DNA of 64,000 nt from Macrostomum lignano. Its lineage: Eukaryota. The notes below the pieces were generated by a model that was not told the origin of the DNA, made no database searches, and saw nothing but the letters and a program-made list of their open reading frames with translations. How positions within the stretch are numbered: the first letter of the stretch is position 1; each line of letters begins with the position of its first letter. This document shows, in pieces, positions 14,730 to 27,300 of the stretch. The stretch is from assembly GCA_002269645.1 (NCBI GenBank), contig NIVC01002259.1, positions 124,001-188,000 of the forward strand, written 5' to 3'. A program made the translations under genes and the position numbers.

Positions 14730-16210
14730 AAACCACTGTGACAGTGGTGACTAGTGATGTGACATTATGTGCTGGTGAAGTGACCATGTTGACTGGTGAT
14801 GTGACTCTGTTGACTGGTGATGTGACCTTATGGGCTGATGTGCCCATAGTGACTGGTGATGTGACCTTATGGGCTGGTGATGTGCCCATAGTGACTAGTG
14901 ATGTGACCTTGTTGACTGGTGATGTGACCATGTTGACTGTTGATGTGACCATGTTGACTGGTGATGTGACCATGTTGACTGTTGATGTGACCATGTTGAC
15001 TGGTGATGTGACCATGTTGACTGGTGATGTGACCATGTTGACTGGTGATGTGACCATGTTGACTGGTGATGTGACCATGTTGACCGGTGATGTGACCTTA
15101 TGGGCTGGTGATGTGACAATGTTGACTGGTGATGTGACTCTGTTGACTGGTGATGTGACCTTATGGGCTGGTGATGCGACCTTGTTGACTGGTGATGTGA
15201 CCATGTTGACTGGTGATGTGACCATGTTGACTTGTGATGTGACCATGTTGACTGTTGATGTGACCATGTTGACTGGTGATGTGACCATGTTGACTGGTGA
15301 TGTGACCATGTTGACTGGTGATGTGACCTTATGGGTTGGTGATTTGCCCATAGTGACTGGTGATGTGACCTTGTTGACTGATGTGACCTTATGGGCTGAT
15401 GTGCCCATAGTGACTGGTGATGTGACCTTATGGGCTGGTGATGTGCCCATAGTGACTGGTGATGTGACCTTGTTGACTGGTGATGTGCCCATAGTGACTG
15501 GTGATGTGACCTTATGGGCTGGTGATTGCCCATAGTGACTGGTGATGTGACTCTGTTGACTGGTGATGTGCCCATAGTGACTGGTGATGTGACCTTGTTG
15601 ACTGGTGATGTGACCATGTTGACTGTTGATGTGACCATGTTGACTGGTGATGTGACCATGTTGACTGGTGATGTGACCATGTTGACTGGTGATGTGACCA
15701 TGTTGACTGGTGATGTGACCATGTTGACTGGTGATGTGACCATGTTGACTGGTGATGTGACCATGTTGACCGGTGATGTGACCTTATGGGCTGGTGATGT
15801 GACAATGTTGACTGGTGATGTGACCATGTTGACTGGTGATGTGACCTTGTTGACTGGTGATGCGACCTTGTTGACTGGTGATGTGACCATGTTGACTGGT
15901 GATGTGACCATGTTGACTTGTGATGTGACCATGTTGACTGTTGATGTGACCATGTTGACTGGTGATGTGACCATGTTGACTGGTGATGTGACCATGTTGA
16001 CTGTTGATGTGACCATGTTGACTGGTGATGTGACCATGTTGACTGTTGATGTGACCATGTTGACTGGTGATGTGACCATGTTGACTGGTGATGTGACCAT
16101 GTTGACTGGTGATGTGACCATGTTGACTGGTGATGTGACCATGTTGACCGGTGATGTGACCTTATGGGCTGGTGATGTGACCCTGTGGACTGGTGATGTG
16201 ACCATCATGA
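14730..16210. repeat. 21-bp minisatellite (GGTGATGTGACCATGTTGACT)n, ~1.5 kb
   Basis: Visible tandem array; source of the TGDVTML/VTSPVNM ORFs. Confidence 0.97.
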
Positions 16211-16497
16211 CTGAATTAAGCGCAGCGGTCCCCCAGAATTAAAGATAGTGTAGGGTGAGAGAGGATGGTGAATTGGTGGTGAGGAGAGGGAGTAAAGGGA
16301 GTGGGTTGAGTGTGTTATGGATCAAACAATGGTTATGTATTGGAGTTTATATAACATGCACAATGTCCTACTTTGTGTTGTACAGTTGAGTACTGTATTG
16401 ATTATCCATTCCATCTATCCATCCATCCATCCATCCAACTCAACTGAGTGTGTGTACGCGAGTGCATGCGTGCGTGCGTAAGGCTTTAAATAACGAT

Positions 16498-16680
16498 TGT
16501 TACTATTTATGGAAAATGTACTAAAAATAGATGCATATTTGTCCTTAAAGATATAAGACATTGACAATTCTAACTTGTGTAAATGTATCAACAAAGCAGT
16601 CAATGAGTCATCTATATCTCTAGGGACGAATATCTCTAGGGATGCATCTATTTTTAGTACATTTGCCATAAATAGTAACA
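16498..16680. mobile_element. ~183-bp MITE-like element with 39-bp inverted termini (TGT...ACA)
   Basis: TGTTACTATTTATGGAAAATGTACTAAAAATAGATGCAT at the left and its near-perfect reverse complement at 16642-16680; no clear TSD. Confidence 0.65.
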
Positions 16681-17090
16681 TTATATTAAACTCGCGGCAA
16701 CACTATTTGAACCGTGTTTAAGATAGTCTATGGTTATAACCACTTGACTGACTGATGCTGTGGCATTGATTTCTTACCCCTACCCCCATATACTAGGCAT
16801 ATGGATAGATAGATAGATAGAGAATTGGCAGAGGCTGGCACAGTGTAGCCCACTCAAACTTTTTAGCCAGCCAGCCAGCCAGCCATACGAGTATAGCCAA
16901 CTCAATTCAGTCAGTTTGCGTGCATGCGTGCAACCTGACCAGATTTGACCTGACATGACCTGACTTAACCTTGTAATTTATAGATTGCTTCTGTATAGTT
17001 ACGATTATGCCAACAACCTTAATACCAACAACATTTACATCTTGAACCATATTATCCCACTATCCATACCACATAGCCGTACCTAGCCTT

Positions 17091-17856
17091 TTTAATTCTG
17101 GGGGACCACTGCACTGACCGAGAAATGTGAAATTTCTCTAAGTGTCAAAATAAAGTTGACTTAGAAAATTTTTCGCACCCCAAAAAAATTTATTTTCCAT
17201 TTTGTCTAATGAACCATATGCAGCTGTTTTGGATAACTTATCTGGGGAAATGCATGTTGCTGTCTGAGAGTAGCTTATCTGAGAGTAGCCAGCCATAACA
17301 CTAACCCTAACCTTAATTGACGCCAGCCCTAACCCTAACCCTAATTGACAACAGCCCTAACCCTAACTTAACCCTAACCCTAATTGATGCTAGACCTAAC
17401 CCTAACTTAACCCTAACCCTAATTGATGCCAGCCCTAACCCTAACCCTAATTGACACCAGCCTTAACCTAACTTAACCCTAACCCTAATTGATGCTAGAT
17501 CTAATCCTAACTTAACCCTAACCCTAATTGATGCCAGCCCTAAAATGAAATTAACCCTAACTCTAATTGACACCAGCCCTAACCCTAATTGACGCCAGCC
17601 CTAACCCTAACCTAACCCTAACCCTAATTGTTGCTAGCCCTAACCCAAACCTAACCCTAATTGATGCCAGCCCTAACTTTAACTTAACCCTAATTGACGC
17701 CAGACCTAACCCTAACCTAACCCTAACCCTAATTGTTGCTAGCCCTAACCCAAACCTAACCCTAATTGACGCCAGCCCTAACTTTAACTTAACCCTAATT
17801 GATGCTAGACCTAACCCTAATGGTGACAAGAGCATAACGCGTCCCCCAGAATAAAA
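17091..17856. repeat. Telomere-like (CCCTAA-derived) satellite bracketed by a 16-bp inverted repeat
   Basis: CCCTAACCCTAATTGA(T/C)GCCAG-type units at 17300-17820; TTTAATTCTGGGGGAC (17091) and GTCCCCCAGAATAAAA (17841). Confidence 0.8.
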
Positions 17857-19376
17857 TTTGTTTGTTTTATATGTCAGGGTTAGGGTGGGATGGGTGGGGG
17901 AAAGAGGGTAGAGAATGAATGAATTATTGTAGTTCAAGTAGGGATTAATGTTTAATATAGTTTGATATAAATTTAACAGAATTATATAATTTTGCCTATA
18001 TAAAAATACTTCTATCAGTAGTAGACATTGTATATTTTATTGTATGTATGTATGTATGTATCTATGCTGGTTGGCTTGTTGTTCCAAATGACGTCATCAT
18101 CATCACCATCATCATCTTCGCCCGCATACATGTGTAACCTCCAAAATTCAGTCAGCCATGCGATTTAGTTTAAACAAAAATGCATATTTGTCCCTAAAGA
18201 TATAGAGCTACACTCGCATTTCTCTACTATTTGTCTATGTGTCAAACACATGGTATATATATATATCTAATACTAGGCAATAGATTCTCTTTAGCTTTAT
18301 AAAAACTATAATTTAGCTTCATTTAATAGCAAATAGCAATATAAATACCCCAAGAATAATTTTTTTGCAATCAAAAATGGTTTGTCTCTATGCCTTATAG
18401 CTATGTCTACTATTACTATATATGATAAATTTTAGAAAAATCAAATGCTACAACCTTATATTAAACTATATTTAATAAACTAGTTTATTAAACTAGTTTC
18501 AAGATTAAATTACATTTTATTTAATATTAGACTTAGCTAAGAAACCTAGCTATTTAAAAAAAACTATTTTAAAATTGATAAACTAGAAATGATTATTAAA
18601 TTATTATCATTTAAAAATATACTAATTTATACTCAATCATTGTATGATAACAAACAATTATAAGGACTATTTTTATAGAACAGATTTATTTTTGAAAAAA
18701 AACTAAAATAGATACTAAACTAGGCCTAAAGACTAAGTTAGATTATCTAGTAGATAAATAGAAGAGTCATAGGCCTACTATAGTAGTCATAGATAGATGT
18801 CAACTAGGTTATATATAAATGCATTTATATTTTTAATAAGAATAAGATTGTAGGATAAGATCCTAATCTGAATTCTAAAAACCTATGCCTAGGGGTCTAA
18901 TAGGCTTTTTACAAAGATTGGTTCCAGAACCAGTGTGACAGTAACAGTGTGAATAATTCCAATTCTAGAACCAAAATTGGTATAGTAGGAAAATGAAAGA
19001 AAAGCTTCAAACCAATTTTATGTTTGTCAGTCTTATCAATAATAAAAAATTTACAATTTTAAATGCCTTTAAATGCCAAATTATTTTACTGGTAAAGTGT
19101 TAAACATGATGAATCAAGAAATTTTTTATCCAAATTCCAGAACCAGAACACAGTTCTAGAATTGATTCTGAAAACGTAACAGGCAATATGAAAAGCGCCA
19201 AATTCTGGCTCTGAAATTGGTAAAATGAAAAGCCTTTAAGAGTTAATCTTTAAAATTTGGATCCCCTAATAATTCTTAGGGCCTAAATAATTGTCTAATC
19301 AATAGTAGGCCCCTAGGCCCTAGGGCTCAAGGGCCTACAATCTCCTAATTCTCACCATTTGGCATAGGCATAAAAT

Positions 19377-20208
19377 GGTTCCTGGACACTTCGTCATCTT
19401 ACCACTTCGTCATCCACTCATATTTCTAGACACTTCGTCATCTTACCACTTCGTCATCTACGATACTATTGTGGAGACATCGTCATCTACTCCCTGGACA
19501 CTTCGTCATCCACTTTGTCTAAAAAACTTAGCTATATGTAACTTCGTCAGCTAAGTTGTATCGAGTAGTCATAAATATAGGTGACTACACTGAGGATTAA
19601 CTAACTGATTAACTAACTGATAATTAATGAGGATTAACTACGACGGGGGAAGAGCTGGAGAAGAGAAGAGATCGCGATCGCGATCAGTACAAAATTGAAT
19701 TTTACTCGCGGTTTAAATCATACAATATCTTGGAATTTTACAGTAAAACAAAAATAACAATAAATTGGAAATATGCATGCCTGAAAAGCAAAATTAAATG
19801 AAACTTAAAAAAACATAATAATAAATACACAAAAACACACTATTCATAAACATATTTAAATCTACATCGTTACAACTCCACACATGTTTGTGGAAGCGAA
19901 GCTATAATAAAATTACAATGAACACTTGTACACATACAGCGTGCATTTAGATGCCAATCCCTAAACGTGTATTTAATCCTATATTTTACAGACTATTGAT
20001 TGAGAAACAATTTACATGCATAAAAAAAACAATCGAATAACAATTTTACAGCTTTGAGAAATCTTGGGATGACGAAGTGTCCTCAAAATTTGGTCACTTC
20101 GTCATCTAGATTTCTAACAATTTTTTTTGTATGACGAAGCTTCCAAAAACCATGGTCACTTCGTCATCTGGATGACGAACTGGTAAGATGACGAAGTGTC
20201 CAGGAACC
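19377..20208. mobile_element. Non-autonomous DNA transposon (832 bp), ~40-bp TIRs, 8-bp TSD CATAAAAT
   Basis: GGTTCCTGGACACTTCGTCATCTTACCACTTCGTCATCCA at the left and its reverse complement ending at 20208; CATAAAAT at 19369-19376 and 20209-20216; internal repeats of CTTCGTCATC. Confidence 0.92.
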
Positions 20209-21666
20209 CATAAAATAACCTGGTTGTTGTACATACAGTGATACAATATGTAGGGTGTAGAGTAACTTTATTTTAACACGTCTAATGTCAATGTGTGCTC
20301 GGATGCCATAGAGCTTTATTTAGTTCAATTCAAGTTTTTTGCGCCGATATAAGTTTCCCGCCTAAAATGCTGTATGAGTCAGTCTTTTGTCATTGACAGT
20401 ATTGCCAGTTTTTGGTTTTTTTGAAAAAATTCTTTAATAAAATTTAAGTATGAAAACATTAATGACTAAACATTATGTTTTACTCTTAACCGTATACAAA
20501 AGTTTGTTTTTGTGGGGCTTTTTGATTTCGTGCCGTACGTAGTAACTTTCACAGAAAACAATTGTAATGGATTACCAACTTTTACTAGAGTAATAGTAAA
20601 ACTAAAGGCTAATCACGAAAGGTATTTTTTGTGTCGTTCGGCGCACAGGAACATGCACGTGGTAGACGTCAGGAAGGCTGTATTTACTAGTAGACCATCA
20701 TCTGAGGACCTGAGGTTACAGTTAGTTTCGACACTACCTACCACTAGTGACTAGTCTAGAGAGTAGACTAAGACTGTAGACGTAGACTCTAGATTCTAGT
20801 TACTAGTATGATATTATTAACTGGGCCCTGTAAAACCTAGCTCGCCTTACTAGCTGCTTTACTTGCCACAGGCAGGGACCCCTATCCATATAGTTATTTC
20901 TTGGTGTTTGCATTTATTAAATTATATAGGCATAGGCCTAGGGGCTAGGCCTAGTGGCATAGGCCTAGGGGCTAGGCCTAGTCTTCTTAGTCTACACATT
21001 TTGAAATACACAGGCCTAGACCATCATATTTTTGTCAACTTTTATAACTTTGTAGATAATCTTTCCTTGTATGTATTAAGTTTAATAAAGAAATACATAT
21101 GCCATTCATTGTTAGGCACCATTATTAAAAATCTTCAATTAATGGGAAGTGTTAATGTTAAAACAAAAAATCTTAGATTAAGACCTTAGTTAGGGCCTAG
21201 GCTAACTTATTAACTTTTAATTTCATTAAGTTGATTGAAATTTTATTAATAATTGGTAACAAGGATTAAGCTATTAATGTGTTTGTTAAAATAGGAAATA
21301 CTAGTTTTTTTACTTTTTTCCAAAATAGACTTTATATATCATATATTATTTTTGTCTTTCTTTCTTTCTTTTTAGTCAAAACAGAAAGGTTATCCAAGCA
21401 ATTTACAAGCTAAAAATAACCAATATTAGTAATACTAACTCAAAATTTATATTGTATATAAAATACTAAATAAAGTAATTATAAACTAAAAGAAAGAACT
21501 AACTTATTAAAAACTTAAAACTAGGCCTAATAACATAATAAAATATATAAATAAGATTACATTTTTTATAATGAATAGAATATTAGAAATAAAGTTGTTT
21601 CAATCAAATTATTATGTTATAGAATATAATATAAGATTAAAAAAAGAGAAATCATAATGTTATTTA

Positions 21667-22494
21667 CGAGGGGTGTCCCAAAAGTTCCCGGAATGTCTAA
21701 CGTAGCTCTTCAACAGAGCCATGAAATTTCATGCCCATGGTGTCAAATGAAAGGAAATTTTGTCACAAAGAATACAAAGTTAAAATCATGTTGATATCTT
21801 TTTTTATTCAAGAGCTACAGCAAGAAACTTGCGGAAAGGTCAGGGGTAGTGTTACACAACCTCAACAATCTATGGCAATAATTTTTTCATCTCCATTTTT
21901 GGAGTTTTTCATTTTGAATTCATTCACAGCAGACTGGCCATCTCTAAAGCGTTCGATCCATCCGTAAATTGCAGTTTTTTTCAGGCTGTTCTCACCGTGG
22001 ATTGAGAATAAGTGGTCAGAAATCTTGGCTCCACTCCATCCTACTGACCAAAGGGCAAAAACTTGACTTCGCTGACTTTCAAGGCTCTGAAGAGAACTCA
22101 TTTTCGCAAAGAAATTTCAATTTGAAAGCAAGTGCTTGGTACGAATTATCTGCACTCGCGCAAAAGCTCAGATTAGCTTTATGAGCATTTCTGCTTTTTC
22201 CATAGACACTACCACGTCTTTCTGACACGTCAGTAGCACGAATTCAAAATGAAAAACTCCAAAAATGGAGATGAAAAAATTATTGCCATAGATTGTTGAG
22301 GTTGTGTAACACTACCCCTGACCTTTGCGCAAGTTTCTTGCTGTAGCTCTTGAATAAAAAAAGATATCAACATGATTTTAACTTTGTATTCTTTGTGACA
22401 AAATTTCCTTTCATTTGACACCATGGGCATGAAATTTCATGGCTCTGTTGAAGAGCTACGTTAGACATTCTGGGAACTTTTGGGACACCCCTCA
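21667..22494 (-). mobile_element. Mariner-derived MITE with 255-bp inverted arms and truncated transposase N-terminus
   Basis: TA|CGAGGGGTGTCCCAAAAG...GGGACACCCCTCA|TA; arms 21667-21921 and 22240-22494 are near-perfect reverse complements; the internal minus ORF ...GAKISDHLFSIHGENSLKKTAIYGWIERFRDGQSAV matches the mariner N-terminal HTH. Confidence 0.92.
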
Positions 22495-22883
22495 TATATG
22501 CCAGCAATAAAAGGATTAAATAAATAGAAACAATTATAATACCAAACTTAAATAAGTAATTTTAATTTTTTTAGCTAAAAATAAAGAGATCTCCCAATTT
22601 GTTTTAAATCTTAGAAATACTTAGAAATTTGCAAAAATAGAAATATCACTTAGCTATGTTTTAATTATTAATCAATGCAAAATATTTTTTGATTTTTGTA
22701 TAATAATTCAATAATGGCTTAAAAACTATGTTAGGTCCTAAGTATTTAAATCTCTATTTAATGTGTCTTATCAACTATATGTGCATATCAACTATAATAG
22801 TTTATGAATATTTTATACTTTATTTGGTAGTAAGAAATGATTTTAAGATTCCTAAAAATATATTTCAATTATCTTCTTAGTCT

Positions 22884-23088
22884 CATGCTTGGGCGCAACC
22901 TTGGGATTCACCCAGCCATTTCTATTGGCAACACACACATGTAAGTTGCTATTGGCTGAGAGCATGCACACCCTTTGTTCTAAAAATATAAAATGACAAA
23001 GTGTACATCGAGTGTTCTAAAAATAGAATATGCCCGTGTGTGTTGCCAATAGAAACAGCCGAGTGAATCCCAAGGTTGCACACTTATG
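22884..23088. mobile_element. 205-bp MITE, CAT...ATG termini, 8-bp TSD CTTAGTCT (P/hAT-like)
   Basis: ~44-bp inverted repeat GCAACCTTGGGATTCAC...TTCTATTGGCAACACACAC; CTTAGTCT at 22876-22883 and 23089-23096. Confidence 0.85.
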
Positions 23089-23393
23089 CTTAGTCTTAGA
23101 TAAAATAAAGGTGAAAACTTAAATGTAGTTTCTTATATACCTAAATGAAAAGCACTTATTTATTTACTTCATACATGTAGCTAAATTGCTAGGATCTAAT
23201 GTTAATTTACTAGTTAAGAGTTGCTAATTAGAATTCAAATTATAAACTTTGTTTTCATCTATCAATTTTGAACTGCACCTCCTTTGCATGGTTTAGCCTT
23301 TGAGTTCTATCAACATGTTTGCTGGTCACTGGCCTTCTTGTGTCTGGTTTATAGCATTGAACTCCTTTTATACTGACTTTTCAAATCCCACAG

Positions 23394-24995
23394 CGTGTGA
23401 AGGCTGTTCCCGTGCTGCTGCAGGTGGCTGATGCAGGTGGCAATGCTGCCACCATTGCTGTCACCTGCAGCGCCTTCAATGCAACCGCGCCAGAGCCGTC
23501 TGAACCAGCATCTGCAATGGCCGCATCTGCTGGGCCTGACAGCTTTGCTAGCCAGCCGGTGTCCCTCTGTGTGCCCATTGTTCCTGAGGACGAAGATGGC
23601 GATGAGGACAGGTCATTGTCTGGAGTTGGCACAGCAGCGTCAAGTGCCAACAGTTCACATCCTGCTACTGCGGCTCCTTCGTTAATTTCGCTCACCTCCC
23701 TGCCTCCTCCGGTGCCGACGTTCTCGTTGGCTGGCGCATCCAGTTCGCTACCTACGCTGACGCTGACGTCGGCCGTGTCATCGCATTCGCAGCAGCCACC
23801 GCCGCCTCCGCATGTGTCAACAGTGACGCTATTCATGTCGCAGTCGTCAGTAACTTCAATAGCTTCTTCTAGCAGTGCGGCCGCGCCAGGCAGTGCCGAC
23901 CAGCAGCTGGGCGCTTCAGTTAGTAAAATCGAGCCGGGCTTGGTGTCCAGCGCCACCGGCCTGACCGCCCGCCCGTTGCCGCCGCTGTTCCGCCAGACCG
24001 ACGTTGTAGTCGGGCCGCCCTGTCTCTGCCTGCCGGCCTCGTTGGCGCATTCGAATTTCGCCAGCCGGGCTGTGGAACTGCTGAACAAGCTGCACGCTAG
24101 CGCTATTGCTAATGGCGAAGTTCCTATCGACAGCTGCTCGGCCGGATCCGGCGGCGTCACGCTGTTCGTCCTTGGCAACAGCGGCGGCGGCGTCGGCGGC
24201 AACAATGGAGGAGGCAGCGGAAACGCCGGCGGCGAAGACTTCACGCCCAGCCCGGCGTCGTCATTCCCTAGTCCGGCTAGGCAGCCAGCTGGCACCGACG
24301 ATATGGATGAAGTGATCGCTGACGTTGTACCTAGAGCTGGATGTACCGATGGCAATGCTGACGCTCGGGTTCAACAGTCTGGCATTGTCGAGCAGGACTG
24401 CGCCGATATTGTCGACGACAATGCCGAGGATGCCGATTATGACGACACTGACGATGCAGCGATTGTGGAGGAGAAGCCGGCAGTGACCTCCAGCCCTATC
24501 GTGGGCTTCACAATCCGGTACGTTTCGCCGGACAGCGAGCTGGCCAAAGCTTCCCAGTCGGCCAGTTCGTCGAAAGCCGCGCCAGTAGGCGGTCGACTGT
24601 ACAGCTGTCCAGTGTGCTGCAAGTGCTTCAGCAATCACTCCAATCTGATGCGGCACAAGCGGGTGCACTCGGGCGCCAGGCCGTTCCAGTGCGTAGTCTG
24701 CGCCAAGGCCTTCTCCCAGTCTAACAATCTGTACCAGCATCAGATCATTCACACTGGCCGGCGACCCTACATCTGCCGCCTATGCCGCTCCGCTTTCACT
24801 CTGCCTGGCAATCTGCAGAAACACGTGCAACGCTCTCACGTTGGCTCTGTGCAAAGCTGGCAAGAGGCCATGGAGCTTGAAGAGGACCTGCCGCAGCTGC
24901 TCACCGCAATCAGGACTGGCAGTTTCACGTTACAGCGTCAGGAGGAGCGAACGGATGAACCGAGTGAATCACTGGGAGCTTCCAGCGATGCGTGA
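23394..24995 (+). CDS. C2H2 zinc-finger protein (3 C-terminal fingers, long Ala/Ser/Pro-rich N-terminal region); large terminal or sole coding exon
   Basis: 532-codon open frame with CPVCCKCFSNHSNLMRHKRVHSGARP, CVVCAKAFSQSNNLYQHQIIHTGRRP, CRLCRSAFTLPGNLQKHVQRSH; preceded by acceptor CCCACAG (23393); first in-frame ATG at ~23517. True start uncertain. Confidence 0.88.
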   Translation, partial: RVKAVPVLLQVADAGGNAATIAVTCSAFNATAPEPSEPASAMAASAGPDSFASQPVSLCVPIVPEDEDGDEDRSLSGVGTAASSANSSHPATAAPSLISLTSLPPPVPTFSLAGASSSLPTLTLTSAVSSHSQQPPPPPHVSTVTLFMSQSSVTSIASSSSAAAPGSADQQLGASVSKIEPGLVSSATGLTARPLPPLFRQTDVVVGPPCLCLPASLAHSNFASRAVELLNKLHASAIANGEVPIDSCSAGSGGVTLFVLGNSGGGVGGNNGGGSGNAGGEDFTPSPASSFPSPARQPAGTDDMDEVIADVVPRAGCTDGNADARVQQSGIVEQDCADIVDDNAEDADYDDTDDAAIVEEKPAVTSSPIVGFTIRYVSPDSELAKASQSASSSKAAPVGGRLYSCPVCCKCFSNHSNLMRHKRVHSGARPFQCVVCAKAFSQSNNLYQHQIIHTGRRPYICRLCRSAFTLPGNLQKHVQRSHVGSVQSWQEAMELEEDLPQLLTAIRTGSFTLQRQEERTDEPSESLGASSDA

Positions 24996-25084
24996 ATGCC
25001 CTTGGCGGTCTGGGTCCGCACCGTGGGGTTTGCCTGGAATCTCAGTTCAGAATCCAGATTGGCTTTTTGTTTGCTGGTCATGGG

Positions 25085-26160
25085 CCTCCCAGTGTGTTAG
25101 CTGGTCCTGGCCCTCTCTCCGTGTTAGCTGGTCCTGGCCCTCTCTCAGTGTTAGCTGGTCATAGCCCTCTCTCCGTGTTAGCTGGTCATGGCCCTCTCTC
25201 AGTGTGTTAGCTGGTCCTGGCCCCCTCTCCGTGTGTTAGCTGGTCATAGCCCTCTCTCAGTGTGTTAGCTGGTCCTGGCCCTCTCTCAGTGTGTTAGCTG
25301 GTCCTGGCCCTCTCTCAGTGTGCTAGCTGGTCCTGGCCCTCTCTCAGTGTGCTAGCTGGTCCTGGCCCTCAGTGTGTTAGCTGGTCCTGGCCCTCTCTCA
25401 GTGTGCTAGCTGGTCCTGGCCCTCAGTGTGTTAGCTGGTCCTGGCCCTCTCTCAGTGTGTTAGCTGGTCCTGGCCCTCTCAGTATGTTAGCTGAGTCATA
25501 GCCCTCAGTGTGTTTGTTAGCTGGTCATAGCCCTCAGTGTGTTAGCTGGTCATAGCCCTCAGTGTGTTAGCTGGTCATAGCCCTCAGTGTGTTAGCTGGT
25601 CCTGGCCCTCTCAGTATGTTAGCTGAGTCATAGCCCTCAGTGTGTTTGTTAGCTGGTCATAGCTCTCGGTGTGTTAGCTGGTCATAGCCCTCAGTGTGTT
25701 AGCTGGTCATAGCCCCTCAGTGTGTTAGCTGGTCAAAGCCCTCAGTGTGTTAGCTGGTCCTGGCCCTCTCTCAGTGTGTTAGCTGGTCCTGGCCCTCTCT
25801 CAGTGTGTTAGCTGGTCCTGGCCCTCAGTGTGTTAGCTGGTCCTGGCCCTCTCTCAGTGTGTTAGCTGGTCCTGGCCCTCTCAGTATGTTAGCTGAGTCA
25901 TAGCCCTCAGTGTGTTTGTTAGCTGGTCATAGCTCTCGGTGTGTTAGCTGGTCATAGCCCTCAGTGTGTTAGCTGGTCATAGCCCCTCAGTGTGTTAGCT
26001 GGTCAAAGCCCTCAGTGTGTTTGTTAGCTGGTCATAGCTCTCGGTGTGTTAGCTGGTCATAGCCCTCAGTGTGTTAGCTGGTCATAGCCCCTCAGTGTGT
26101 TAGCTGGTCAAAGCCCTCAGTGTGTTAGCTGGTCATAGACCTCAGTGTGTTGGTCATAAC
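25085..26160. repeat. ~25-29-bp minisatellite (GTGTGTTAGCTGGTCCTGGCCCTCTCTCA variants)
   Basis: Visible tandem array just downstream of the zinc-finger stop codon. Confidence 0.95.
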
Positions 26161-26664
26161 CTTCAGTTTTTTAATTTGGTAAAATGCACTGTGAGAATCC
26201 TGGCACTACGGTGCAAACAGTTTCTTTACATGGAAATTGAAGCCAACTGATTAACTAACTGCCTTCTGAGTTGCTGCTATATGAAGTAGGTTTTGCAAAT
26301 ACCTTTACTGCAAATTTTATTGCGTGAATTCAAATCATAGCCCATCATCTGTGACTTCATGTTTTTAGATTATTAGTGTTAGAGAAATATAATATAACCT
26401 TAGTGCTGTTACTAAATCTGGTCTTTTTGCGTCTTAACGGCATGTTGCTTGTAGGTCATTTGGAACCAGTTCTTCTGCAGTTTTGTTGCTCTTGATGTCC
26501 CTGTTTAATCTGATTAATGTTCTTGATCAGAATTAGCAGCTATTTATTGTATGAGTATACTATACATATAGCTTACTAATTCCTACTAACATCAAGATTA
26601 GAGTTTTCTAGATTTTTTCTGCACTTGATTTTAGATTTCAACTTCAAGATTTTAGATCTAAGTT

Positions 26665-27300
26665 ACAGGATTTGGGATCTGAATCACAGGGTTTGGGATC
26701 TGAATCACAGGGTTTGGGATCTGAATCACAAGGTTTGGGATCTAAATCAAAGGCTTTGGGATCTAAATCACAGGGGTTGGGATCTGAATTACAGGGTTTG
26801 GGATCTGAATTACAGGGTTTGGGATCTGAATCACAGGGTTTGGGATCTGAATCACAAGATTTGGGATCTGAATCAAAGGCTTTGGGATCTAAATCACAGG
26901 GGTTGGGATCTGAATTACAGGGTTTGGGATCTGAATTACAGGGTTTGGGATCTGAATCACAGGGTTTGGGATCTGAATCACAGGGTTTGGGATCTGAATC
27001 ACAAGTTTTGGGATCTGAATCACAAGATTTGAGGTCTGAATCACAAAATTTGAGGTCTGAATCACAGGGTTTGGAATCTGAATCACAAGATTTGGGGTCT
27101 GAATCACAGGGTTTGGGATCTGAATCACAAGATTTGAGGTCTGAATCACAGGGTTTGGAATCTGAATCACAAGATTTTGGGTCTGAATTACAGGGTTTGA
27201 GGCCTGAATCACAGGGTTTGAGGCCTGAATCACAGGGTTTGAGGCCTGAATCACAGGGTTTGAGGCCTGAATCACGGCGTTTGAGGACTGAATCACCGGA
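26665..27300. repeat. 21-bp minisatellite (GGGTTTGGGATCTGAATCACA)n
   Basis: Visible tandem array; source of the GSESQGL ORF. Confidence 0.95.

Noticed and set aside
14730-16210. Regular arrays that could be read as CRISPR
   Set aside because: Head-to-tail monomers with no unique spacers, no cas genes, and a eukaryotic context.
23381-24355. 324-aa antisense ORF and other antisense ORFs over GC-rich exons (also 34836-35387, 49272-49718)
   Set aside because: Shadow frames of GC-rich coding sequence; the opposite strand carries the recognisable domains.
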